Below, in pieces: positions 21,417 through 30,791 of a stretch of 64,000 nucleotides of DNA. The notes under the pieces were generated by a model. It made no database searches. It saw only the letters and a program-made list of their open reading frames with translations, and was not told where the DNA came from. The position numbers and the translations under genes were made by a program. The stretch is from Helicobacteraceae bacterium (GTDB taxonomy: Bacteria > Campylobacterota > Campylobacteria > Campylobacterales > Helicobacteraceae), in the NCBI GenBank assembly GCA_017508245.1, contig JAFVZI010000014.1, positions 221,889 to 285,888 of the forward strand. Reading direction: 5' to 3'. Each line of letters opens with the position of its first letter. Position 1 is the first letter of the stretch.

Positions 21417-22364
21417 ATGAATATAGTATTGCTTGATGCACAGACTCTAGGAAATGACAGCTTAGATTCTATATCAAAATTAGGTAACTTCAAATCATAT
21501 CAGATAACAAGACCCAATGAAGTTTTAGAGAGATTAAAAGACGCAGATATAGTGCTTACAAATAAAGTCATATTGAATAAAGACATATTGGAGAAATTAC
21601 CAAAATTAAAACTTATTTGCGTAACTGCCACAGGAATGAATAATATTGATTTAGAATATGCAAAAAAACTAAACATAGAAGTAAAAAATGTAGCAAATTA
21701 TAGCACACAATCCGTAGCACAGCATACACTTATGATGGTCTTAAATCTAATTGGAAAACAAGATTACTATGATGATTTTGTAAAAAGTGGCAAATGGGCA
21801 GAATCTGATATTTTTACGCATATAAATAACAACTTCGAACTTTATGATTTGGAAAATAAAAATTGGGGCATTATAGGATTTGGCAATATCGGACAAAGAG
21901 TAGCAAAACTAGCAAATGCATTTGGTGCGAATGTAAAATATTATTCTACAAGTGGCAAAAACACTAACGCAAATTTTGTGAGAATTGAGCATCTACAAGA
22001 TTTATTAAAAAATAGCGATATTATCACCATACACGCACCACTAAATGAAACAACAAAGAATCTAATCACAAAAAAAGAATTAGATTTGCTAAAAAAAGAT
22101 TCTATTTTGATAAATGCAGGTAGAGGTGGAATCGTAAATGAAAATGATTTGGCTAGTGCATTAAAAGGTGGAATTTTTTATTATGGTTGTGATGTGCTTG
22201 AAGTTGAACCTATGACTAAAAATCACCCATTTTTAGATAGAAGTATCCAGCACAGATTACTGATCACACCACACATTGCTTGGGCGTATAAAGAAAGTAG
22301 AAAAAGACTAATCGATGGCGTAGAAAAAAATATCAAAGATTTTTTAGATAAATACAAGGATTGA
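21417..22364 (+). CDS. D-isomer-specific 2-hydroxyacid dehydrogenase (glycerate DH-like)
   Basis: GIIGFGNIG, IHAPL, INAGRGGIV, DVLEVEP, ITPHIAW; ATG 21417 after AAGGGG. Confidence 0.9.
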   Translation: MNIVLLDAQTLGNDSLDSISKLGNFKSYQITRPNEVLERLKDADIVLTNKVILNKDILEKLPKLKLICVTATGMNNIDLEYAKKLNIEVKNVANYSTQSVAQHTLMMVLNLIGKQDYYDDFVKSGKWAESDIFTHINNNFELYDLENKNWGIIGFGNIGQRVAKLANAFGANVKYYSTSGKNTNANFVRIEHLQDLLKNSDIITIHAPLNETTKNLITKKELDLLKKDSILINAGRGGIVNENDLASALKGGIFYYGCDVLEVEPMTKNHPFLDRSIQHRLLITPHIAWAYKESRKRLIDGVEKNIKDFLDKYKD

Positions 22365-22367
22365 TAA

Positions 22368-22700
22368 ATGTCAAAAGTAATACTTATAAAAAATGATTAT
22401 ATAGGTGAGAGTGGTGAATTAGGAAGCAAACTAATCATAAATTTTTTAAAAGCTTTAAGTCAAACTAAACCCACACCAAGTAAAATATTTTTATTGAATC
22501 GTGGCGTATTACTTGCTACACAAAATGAAGCTGGTATCTTGGCACTAAAAACACTAGAATCCAAATCTGTAGAGATATTTTCTTGTCAAACTTGCTTAGA
22601 TTTTTTTGGATTCTTAGAAAGTGTCAAAGTAGGAAATGTAGGAAATACAAAAGATACGCTAGAAGCATTGTTAAATGCAGAAAATACAATCACGCTTTAG
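22368..22700 (+). CDS. DsrE-like protein resembling the C-terminal domain of selenium-metabolism protein YedF
   Basis: GELGSKLIINFL, FLLNRGVLL, SCQTCLDFFG, VGNVGN. Confidence 0.75.
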   Translation: MSKVILIKNDYIGESGELGSKLIINFLKALSQTKPTPSKIFLLNRGVLLATQNEAGILALKTLESKSVEIFSCQTCLDFFGFLESVKVGNVGNTKDTLEALLNAENTITL

Positions 22701-22709
22701 AGGTGTAAA

Positions 22710-23048
22710 ATGACAATTGATGATAAATTACTAGAAAAGCTAGAAAATCTAAGTGCGATAAAAATAGATGATGACAAAAAAGAGAGTATAAAAAGCGAAT
22801 TAAACGATATTTTGAATTTTGTTGAGAATCTAAACAAGATGGATATGCAAGAGAAACTAAATATAAAAGAATATGATGCTCCAATCAAAGAAGATGCTTC
22901 AAATGTTTTTTGCAATTCAAATATACAAAAATTTGATACTCCACTTAGAGAAGATGAAGTGATTTTATCTAGTGTATCAGATTTGGTGATTGAAAATGCA
23001 CCAAAAGCAGATGAGCGATTTTTCATTGTGCCAAAAATAGTAGAATAA
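22710..23048 (+). CDS. gatC: Asp/Glu-tRNA amidotransferase subunit C with 20-aa internal duplication
   Basis: LEKLENLSAIKI, TPLRED, NAP...FFIVPKIVE. Confidence 0.92.
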   Translation: MTIDDKLLEKLENLSAIKIDDDKKESIKSELNDILNFVENLNKMDMQEKLNIKEYDAPIKEDASNVFCNSNIQKFDTPLREDEVILSSVSDLVIENAPKADERFFIVPKIVE

Positions 23049-23735
23049 ATGCAACAAATAGATGTAAAAATAGAAGATTCTTGGAAAGAAAAACTAAAAG
23101 ATGAATTTGAAAAAGAATATTTTTTAAAAATTAGAGAAAAATATCATCAAGCAATCAAAAATGTTACCGTATTACCACCTCCAAAATTCCTTTTTCACGC
23201 ATTTTCATTAGTGAAATTTGATGATGTAAAAGTGGTGATTTTAGGGCAAGACCCTTATCACAATATAGAAAATAATATTCCTCAAGCACATGGGTTATCT
23301 TTTAGTGTGCCTATGGGGGTAAATCCACCACCATCGCTAAAAAATATTTTTAAAGAATTAAATAGAGATTTAGGATTAAAAATACCAAATCACGGGAATC
23401 TAAGCAGCTGGAGCAAAGAGGGTGTATTATTGCTAAATTCAATTCTTAGCGTTGAGTATAAAAAACCGCTCTCACACTCTCATTTTGGCTGGGAAAAATT
23501 TAGCGATAAAATAATTGAAATTCTCTCACAAAAAAGAGAGAATCTAATCTTCATGCTGTGGGGGAATTACGCTAGAAGCAAAAAAATATTGATTGATGCT
23601 TCAAAGCATCACATACTAGAAGCTCCACATCCCTCACCACTTGCAAGAGGATTTGTAGGCTGCTCTCATTTTAGCAAATGCAACGAAATACTAAGACAAA
23701 ATGGAATCAAAGAGATAGACTGGAATCTAGCCTAG
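23049..23735 (+). CDS. ung: Uracil-DNA glycosylase
   Basis: [27 protein letters not shown]. Confidence 0.97.
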   Translation: MQQIDVKIEDSWKEKLKDEFEKEYFLKIREKYHQAIKNVTVLPPPKFLFHAFSLVKFDDVKVVILGQDPYHNIENNIPQAHGLSFSVPMGVNPPPSLKNIFKELNRDLGLKIPNHGNLSSWSKEGVLLLNSILSVEYKKPLSHSHFGWEKFSDKIIEILSQKRENLIFMLWGNYARSKKILIDASKHHILEAPHPSPLARGFVGCSHFSKCNEILRQNGIKEIDWNLA

Positions 23736-24436
23736 TTTATATTTGTATAGATATTTTGCACATCATCATCATCTTCAATTTTATCAAGTAATTTTTCTAG
23801 CTCTACCATTTGACATTCATCTAAATCAATAGGACTCGTAGGGATATACTGCAAACTAGATTGTAAAACTTCGATATTTAGATTTTTTAAGGCATTTCCT
23901 AATTCACCAAAATCTTTATAATTTGCATACAAAAATACGCCCTCATCGCTTTTTTGCAAAGATTCTAGCCCATAATCAATAAGCTCTAATTCTACATCAT
24001 CGAGGTTTAAGCCATTTGCATTGATTTGAAATACTGCTTTTCTATCAAACATAAAATCTAGTGAGCCATTTGGTATCACCTGTGCATTGTGTTTATTGCA
24101 ATAGCTTTTAATATTTGCGATAGTTCTTGTCGCGTTATCACTAGCACACTCTATTATCATCATGACCCCAAATTGTGCTTTTGCTTCATATATGATTTCA
24201 CTAAGCTCCGTATCCTTGCCACTTGCCCTTTTTATCGCAGCTTCAATATTATCTTTTGGAAGATTCTGTGCCTTTGCATTTAGTATCGCAGCACGAAGTT
24301 TTGCATTACTTTCTGGGTCTCCTCCTCCTTCTTTTGCTGCTAGAGTGATGGCTTTTGCTAGTTTTGGAAAAAGCTTTGACATCTTATCCCATCTTTTTTC
24401 TTTACTTGCTCTTCTATATTCAAAGGCACGTCCCAT
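23732..24436 (-). CDS. yebC: YebC/PmpR family protein
   Basis: [31 protein letters not shown]. Confidence 0.95.
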   Translation of the reverse strand: MGRAFEYRRASKEKRWDKMSKLFPKLAKAITLAAKEGGGDPESNAKLRAAILNAKAQNLPKDNIEAAIKRASGKDTELSEIIYEAKAQFGVMMIIECASDNATRTIANIKSYCNKHNAQVIPNGSLDFMFDRKAVFQINANGLNLDDVELELIDYGLESLQKSDEGVFLYANYKDFGELGNALKNLNIEVLQSSLQYIPTSPIDLDECQMVELEKLLDKIEDDDDVQNIYTNIN

Positions 24437-24542
24437 TTTAGAATCCTTATTAAAAAATTACTCACAATTATATCAAAAGCATAATTTTTCTAAATCAATA
24501 ATATTTTTTGACGATTATAAAATAATTTTTAATTGAGGAATA

Positions 24543-25157
24543 GTGAGAATGAAAAGGATTTTACTTCTAGTTGCTGTATTCGTAATATCTAATGCATTTG
24601 CTGCCACCGTAAAACAAACTACAGTAGGTTATACTTATGTCGAGCTAAACAAAGCTTCTTATCAAGCAGTAGAAATTGGCACATCAGTGATAGTAATCAC
24701 AAAAAAAGGCATGGTGCGACCATATACAGGTGTAGAAATCAGTGTGCCGATATTTTTTGATTCAAAAGGTAGCAATTTGCAAGATGCAGAAAATAAAGGC
24801 TCTGGATATGGTGTAGCTTTGCAAGTGCCACTTATTTTTGGACTTGATATTGGCGGATTCTACATTCAAGCAATGGGTGGATACAATATAGGCTGGTTGA
24901 ATGATAGTCTAAAGAATGTTCCATCTGGTGCACAAATAGGTGCATTAAAAACAGCAAAAACAAAAACAATATCTCAAGGTTTTATCTATGGTGGCGGACT
25001 TGGATATGTATTTAATTCAAATTTCACACTTGGATTAAGATATATAAAAGGTTCAATGCAAAACGAAATCATAAATGAGCCAACAAGTGCAGCAATAGAT
25101 AAAAAATATAAGACAAACTACACAAAAATAATGGCGTTAATTGGTTATAATTTTTAA
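24543..25157 (+). CDS. Small outer-membrane beta-barrel protein
   Basis: Signal peptide ending AFA; amphipathic strands; C-terminal LIGYNF BAM-type signal. Confidence 0.8.
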   Translation: MRMKRILLLVAVFVISNAFAATVKQTTVGYTYVELNKASYQAVEIGTSVIVITKKGMVRPYTGVEISVPIFFDSKGSNLQDAENKGSGYGVALQVPLIFGLDIGGFYIQAMGGYNIGWLNDSLKNVPSGAQIGALKTAKTKTISQGFIYGGGLGYVFNSNFTLGLRYIKGSMQNEIINEPTSAAIDKKYKTNYTKIMALIGYNF

Positions 25158-25210
25158 TCTATGTTAAAAAACTTTATATATTTTATAATTTTAACTCTAA
25201 AAAGCAATAA

Positions 25211-25487
25211 ATGAAGAATCAAGGTGGCCACTAGTTTGAGAGAATCTTTTATCAAAAAAATGTGGCTGAAGGCAAAAAAGAAGTAGAAAATTACAAAAGA
25301 CAAGTAGTAGCCTAGTAATATAAATCAAGCTTATAATTCTATTTTATTAAAGATAAACACGTAAAAAAGAGGGTGGATATCGCAATCATAAATAAATCAT
25401 ATTTTATTTGAGATAGATATAAAGGAGCTAGCACAAAAGAAGATTTTAGAGTATTGCAAGTTTGTAAATTGCAATTTTGGTAGTAAG
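25211..25487 (+). pseudogene. Possible degraded gene remnant (PD-(D/E)xK nuclease / HsdR N-terminal-like)
   Basis: Broken frames MKNQGGH*FERIFYQKNVAEGKKEVENYKRQVVA* and KKRVDIAIINKSYFI[frameshift]EIDIKELAQKKILEYCKFVNCNFG. Confidence 0.3.
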
Positions 25488-26528
25488 TTATTTTAGATTC
25501 TTGCTTTTTAGTTTTGCTCCATTTTTTTGAAAATATATCTTATTTGAGATGAGAATCTTATCTATCAAATATCTAGGACGAGCTTTGCTTTCTTTGTAAA
25601 CTTTGCCTAGATATTCCCCGATTATCCCTAAACTAAGCATTTCAATCCCACCTAAAAAATATACAGGCACGACTACAGATGCCCAACCCGGCACTGCAGA
25701 ATCGCTAAAAATCGCAATACAAATGCCATAAATCCCAAAAATACCACTTGCAAGTGCAATTAAAAATCCAAGGACAAAAATAATTCGCAGTGGTGCAATG
25801 CTAAAGCTTGTAATACCATTTGTTGCCAAACTCATCATCTTAGCGAGGCTATATTTACTTCTCCCAAGCTCACGCTTTTTTACATCAAAATACACGATAG
25901 CACTCTTTAATCCTATTTCTAAAACAATGCCTCGCAAGAATAGATTCACCTCTTTAAATTCACCTAAAAATCCCAAAGCCTTGTTGCTAAGCAATCTATA
26001 ATCGGCATGATTTTTGATGATTTTTACACCTAAAATTTCCATCATTTTATAAAATAAATTGCTACTCCATTTCTTAAATAAACCATCGCTAAATCTATCT
26101 TTTCTCACGCCAAATACAATATCGCAACCATTTTTGAAATACACTAAAAATTCATCAATTTTATCAATATCTTGTTGCAAATCACAATCAATAGAAATGG
26201 CACAATCACATTTATCTATTACATATTGCAATCCTGCTAACAAGGCATTTTGATGACCTACATTTTTACTCAAAGCCAATGCAACGATATTATTTGAATT
26301 TATATGATTTTGCAAAATATCAAAACTAGAATCCAAGCTCCCATCATCAATGAAAACGATGAAGCTATCTAAACTTATGATATTTTTTTGTTTTAGTCTA
26401 TCTAGTTTTGTGCAAAAAAGATTGATGCTTTTTGCCAAAATCTCTTCTTCATTATAAAGCGGAATGATGAGTGCTAGTTTTGGCAAAATCCGCACAGATT
26501 CTAGGGGGGGGGTAGTCGCAAATTTCAT
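25488..26528 (-). CDS. GT2 bactoprenol glycosyltransferase (GtrB/YfdH-like); 5' C9 tract, in frame
   Basis: IPLYNEE, DDGS, GHQNALLAG, DCDLQ, ADYRLL, two C-terminal TM helices, KARPRY. Confidence 0.92.
   Translation of the reverse strand: MKFATTPPLESVRILPKLALIIPLYNEEEILAKSINLFCTKLDRLKQKNIISLDSFIVFIDDGSLDSSFDILQNHINSNNIVALALSKNVGHQNALLAGLQYVIDKCDCAISIDCDLQQDIDKIDEFLVYFKNGCDIVFGVRKDRFSDGLFKKWSSNLFYKMMEILGVKIIKNHADYRLLSNKALGFLGEFKEVNLFLRGIVLEIGLKSAIVYFDVKKRELGRSKYSLAKMMSLATNGITSFSIAPLRIIFVLGFLIALASGIFGIYGICIAIFSDSAVPGWASVVVPVYFLGGIEMLSLGIIGEYLGKVYKESKARPRYLIDKILISNKIYFQKNGAKLKSKNLK
26504..26512 (-). repeat. C9 homopolymer at codons 6-9 of the GtrB-like gene (TTPPLES)
   Basis: G9 on + strand: agattcta-ggggggggg-tagtcgcaaatttcat. 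Confidence 0.9.
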
Positions 26529-28109
26529 TATTTTACCTTATATACACTGAAGTGGATTGGTAACATTGATATATTATCGCTTAGTACCAAATCTTTTTTT
26601 GAAGCGATGATGATGGATTTTAAAATCGATTTTATTCCTAAAAATGGTATATTAAAGCCATAATCACTATAAAATAATAATTCATAATTACTAGAATCTA
26701 AAGATTTAGTAGAATAAGGCGTCCATACGACTAAATCACCACTTTTTTTAGAAATAACATCATTACTTTTAAATACACTATATTTTGAAATGGGATCCTC
26801 TACTCCAAGCAAAATATTATCGATTGGCAGGTCAGATTTCATATCAAAATCATCTATACTCCTAAATTCCAAATTTTTAATAAAACTATGATATACCTCA
26901 CCACTGCTTGCACGATTTACGCCATCTAGGTAAATGCTAGTGTGTGGATTCTTATGAATATAAGAGGTGATAAAATCAATTGTATTTGCAAAATTATTCG
27001 GTACAGCCTTGTAATGATTAAACTGATATATAAATGCGGGAAAGGCATTAAAAAGCCAAACAAAGGCACAAATAGCGATGAGAAATTTTACAAACAGATA
27101 TTTAAAATATTCTCGCAAATAAAATGCAAGTGGGATAATCCCAAAAATATATGCCGGAAGCGGATAATGGAAGCTATAAATATTTAGTGCGAAATATGCC
27201 AGAGAATGCAAAGCACTTGCAATCAATGCAGAATCCAAAATAGGATTGATTTTAAAATGCTTAAAAGAAACTAAATAGAATCTAAAAACAAGCAAAGCAA
27301 AGATTCCAATAAATAGAAATGGCTCACTAAGTGTGTAATTGATGATATTTTTGAAAAATACTATTATTGCATTATACGGAGTATCACCATAATTTCCACT
27401 TGTAGTTTTGATAGAAAGCACAAAAACATAATACGCAATAACCCATACAACGCAAGAAAATAAAAGCAATAAACTCAAAATTTTTGGATTTTTATTTTTT
27501 TGTTTGTATGAAAACAATACATAAAAAAAGCAGAATCCACCTAACATTATAAATGCCACTTCTTTATAATATAGTGCGAAATTTGCAGAAATTAGTGCCG
27601 ATACGAAAAATATGAATCTATTTGTATCACAGAATCTAATAAATGAAAAAATAAAAATTGCAAAAAAGACGCTCTCTAGTTTCTCAGGAACAAAAAGCCT
27701 CAGAAATGATGTAACAAACGCAGGAGAAAAAAGGATAATAAGAATCCAAAATAAGCTATGAATTTTATTTCGTAAAAAACGATTTAACGCAAAAAAGACA
27801 CAACAAATCAAAATAAATGCAAAAATGCCAGAGAAAATATAAAAAATATCTGCAGAGATTCCAAAAATACTAGAAATGATATTTAACTCTTGTGCATCAA
27901 GTGGGTAAAATCTCCCGATTTCTGGCAAAATGAAAAATGGTATTTGCTTTCCAATAAAAAGAGTAGATAGTAAAGTATGGTCATCAATCACACCAAAATT
28001 TGGATAAATCGCAATATTTACAAGATAAAATAAAATTAGTAGATATAAAAATACTAATAATTTCTTATGTTGCTGCTGCCCCCCCCCTATTTATGCTAAA
28101 AAATTCCAA
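26528..28109 (-). pseudogene. GT-C-type (GtrC-like) membrane glycosyltransferase, frameshifted at a 5' G9 tract (phase OFF)
   Basis: AAGGA RBS and TTG 28109; G9 gives MEFFSINRGGAAAT*; G8 gives MEFFSINRGGQQQHKKLLVFLYLLILFYLVNIAIYPNFGVIDDHTLL..., joining ORF 26528..27991 (526 aa); DD after first TM and GRFYPL motif. Confidence 0.8.
28079..28087 (-). repeat. G9 homopolymer, out of frame
   Basis: C9 on + strand: tgttgctgctg-ccccccccc-tatttatgcta. Confidence 0.9.
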
Positions 28110-28227
28110 AGTGATATCCTTTTTAAAAAATTTTGTAAATTTATCAAATATTAGATTTATCATACTTTAAAAAATCATAGATTATTTTTAAGGTAAGATT
28201 CTGATATCAAGTTAAAAATGGTGTGAA

Positions 28228-29451
28228 ATGTTTGATGATATCTTAAAAAATAAAAAAATCTTGATTCTAGTAACTGGCTCGATTGCGATATACAAAACTC
28301 TTGATTTGATAAGCAAATTAAAAAAACAAGATGCAAAAATCGCTGTTGTGATGAGCGATGATGCACTTAGTTTTATCACACCACTTACTTTTGAATCTCT
28401 TAGCAATAATGAAGTCTTGCATAAAAAATCACAAAAATACGATACACAAGATTCGCCAAATCACATAAGCTATGCATTATGGGCTGATATAGCGATACTT
28501 GCTCCTGCTAGCATAAATAGTATCGCAAAATTAAATTATGCGATAAGTGATAGCATCGTGATTGCAACTCTACTTGCTTGCAAATGTAAGGTTTTGATAG
28601 CTCCAAGTGCAAATATAAATATGATGGAATCCAAACAAAACAAGCAAAACTTAGAATCTTTGGCAAATATGGGATATACAATAATTCCACCAAGAGAAAC
28701 TTTGCTAGCTTGCAATGTAGTAGCAAAAGGTGCTATGGCTGATATTGATGAAATAATATTTAATATAAAAAGAGAATTTAGAAGTGATGGGTTTTGGGAA
28801 AATAAAAAGATAATTATCACCGGTGGAGGAAGTATAGAACAAATCGATACAATAAGGCATATCTCAAACAATTCAAGTGGAATTCAAGCATCTGCACTTG
28901 CTCTTGCGTTTTATTATCTTGGGGCAAAAGTCAAGCTTATATCTTCAAAATTTCCACATATTTTACCACTTAATATAGAAAAGATAAAAGTTATTTCTAG
29001 CAATGATTATAAAAATGCCTTGCAAGATACAAAAGATTCTATTGTCATTATGGCAGCGGCAATTAGTGATTATAAAGCAAAAGAGCCAAGAAATGAGAAA
29101 ATCAAAAAAAGCGATATAGGCAAAATTTGGAATCTACAATTAGTGCAAAATCAAGATTTATTAAGTCAAATAGAATGCAGATTCAAAGTCGGTTTCAAAG
29201 CCGAAAGTGATAAATCTAGTGGGGAAATAAATGCCAAAAAGATGCTAGATTGTATTGAAAATGGTGGAAAAAGTTGTGATATGGTGATTTTAAACATCAT
29301 TGATGATGATAATAAAATAGGCGATGTTTGCAATGAAATCACAATTTTGAGTAAAGATTCTAAAGAAAAATTGGATAGACAAGATAAGCTCACTCTAAGC
29401 TTTGAAATCGCTAAATCTATCAAAGAAAAATTACAAAAAGATGATAAATAA
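28228..29451 (+). CDS. coaBC: Bifunctional phosphopantothenoylcysteine decarboxylase/ligase
   Basis: VTGSIAIYK, APSAN, LAC, EQIDTIRHISNNSSG, AAAISDY, VGFKAE. Confidence 0.93.
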   Translation: MFDDILKNKKILILVTGSIAIYKTLDLISKLKKQDAKIAVVMSDDALSFITPLTFESLSNNEVLHKKSQKYDTQDSPNHISYALWADIAILAPASINSIAKLNYAISDSIVIATLLACKCKVLIAPSANINMMESKQNKQNLESLANMGYTIIPPRETLLACNVVAKGAMADIDEIIFNIKREFRSDGFWENKKIIITGGGSIEQIDTIRHISNNSSGIQASALALAFYYLGAKVKLISSKFPHILPLNIEKIKVISSNDYKNALQDTKDSIVIMAAAISDYKAKEPRNEKIKKSDIGKIWNLQLVQNQDLLSQIECRFKVGFKAESDKSSGEINAKKMLDCIENGGKSCDMVILNIIDDDNKIGDVCNEITILSKDSKEKLDRQDKLTLSFEIAKSIKEKLQKDDK

Positions 29452-30175
29452 GATTCTAAATATCACACAAATTGCAAAAAAAATTGATCAACAAACGCAC
29501 TACAACAACACTTTGCCTTTATTGTTGCAGATTTTGGATAAAACAAAAAATGGATACAAACTTAAACTGGGAAACAATATCATCGAGGCAAGAAGCACAA
29601 AAGAATTACAAATTGGCAAAAATTACTTAGCAACCATAAAGGAAAATAAAAATGGTGAGATAATCATATCAAATCTAGTAAATAGGCCAAGGATTCTTGA
29701 AGTAATAAAAGATTCTACTCTCAAATTTGAGATAAATGAACTAAAAGAAATATTTAAAGATTCAAAATTTATGCAGAATCTAGAACAAAATTTAGAGCAA
29801 AAAATAAGCATCGCGAACTCTAAAGATGATTTTTTATTTCTCACACACTCACTAATTGCACTAAATAAAAAAATAATAAACTTGATAATAAAAGATAGAA
29901 ATAAAGAAGCAGTGCTACAAATAAAAAAGGGGATAAAAGACAAGGTAGAATTTAGTGCCATATTTAACAATCTAGGAATCATCAATGGAAGCATATATGG
30001 AAATCAAACACTTGTAATAAAAACACAATTTAACCATATCAAAAAAATCCTAGAATCTAATATAAAAAAACTAGAAGGATATGAAAACTTTGATGAAATA
30101 CATATACTATATGATGAAGATATAGAAATATTATTTGATTTATATGGTGATAATATTTTAGATATAGAAATTTAA
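29441..30175 (+). CDS. Hypothetical protein
   Basis: Long Lys/Asn/Ile-rich ORF overlapping coaBC stop; no motif assigned. Confidence 0.7.
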   Translation: MINKILNITQIAKKIDQQTHYNNTLPLLLQILDKTKNGYKLKLGNNIIEARSTKELQIGKNYLATIKENKNGEIIISNLVNRPRILEVIKDSTLKFEINELKEIFKDSKFMQNLEQNLEQKISIANSKDDFLFLTHSLIALNKKIINLIIKDRNKEAVLQIKKGIKDKVEFSAIFNNLGIINGSIYGNQTLVIKTQFNHIKKILESNIKKLEGYENFDEIHILYDEDIEILFDLYGDNILDIEI

Positions 30176-30266
30176 TAAAAATTTAATGTTTTAAATAAAA
30201 AGTAAATATATTAAGCTACAATAACAAAAATTATTTATTTTTACAAGTAACAAATTAGGTGGCAGA

Positions 30267-30773
30267 ATGATAAATAGGCAAGGGTTTTCGATGATTGAAT
30301 TGGTGTTTGTAATAATAATACTTGGTTGCTTAGCCGGAACTGCTACAACTTGGCTTCTTCAAACAAGGATGGATTCTCAAGTGGCAATGACTAGAAGTGA
30401 TATTGCTACAATTTTAAAGCAGGTGCCAGCGAGGGTTGTTGCTGAAAATGTTAATATTTCTAATACACCACCAAATGGTTATACTACTTGGGGTGAATGG
30501 CTGATGGATACACCATCGCTTGACAAAAGCAAGTGGCAACCTACCCAAAATGGATTGATTGCTATTTCCCTTATTGAGTCAAATAGGCAAAATAATAGAG
30601 TTATTGCTTGTTCTGGTAATTATATTCATTTAGATTTAGCGACTGGAAAATTGCATTTTGATCCAGATATGATTGACAAAAAGATTACATTTTGCAGATT
30701 GCTTGCAGAGAGTTATAATAGTGGCTCAAGCCGAACAATAGACCTAGTAACAAATAGTAAAACAATATTTTAA
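30267..30773 (+). CDS. Prepilin-type (class III signal) pseudopilin/pilin-like protein
   Basis: RQG|FSMIELVFVIIILG cleavage/N-methylation motif; C-terminal Cys pair. Confidence 0.88.
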   Translation: MINRQGFSMIELVFVIIILGCLAGTATTWLLQTRMDSQVAMTRSDIATILKQVPARVVAENVNISNTPPNGYTTWGEWLMDTPSLDKSKWQPTQNGLIAISLIESNRQNNRVIACSGNYIHLDLATGKLHFDPDMIDKKITFCRLLAESYNSGSSRTIDLVTNSKTIF

Positions 30774-30791
30774 TACTTACTATCAAAATAT

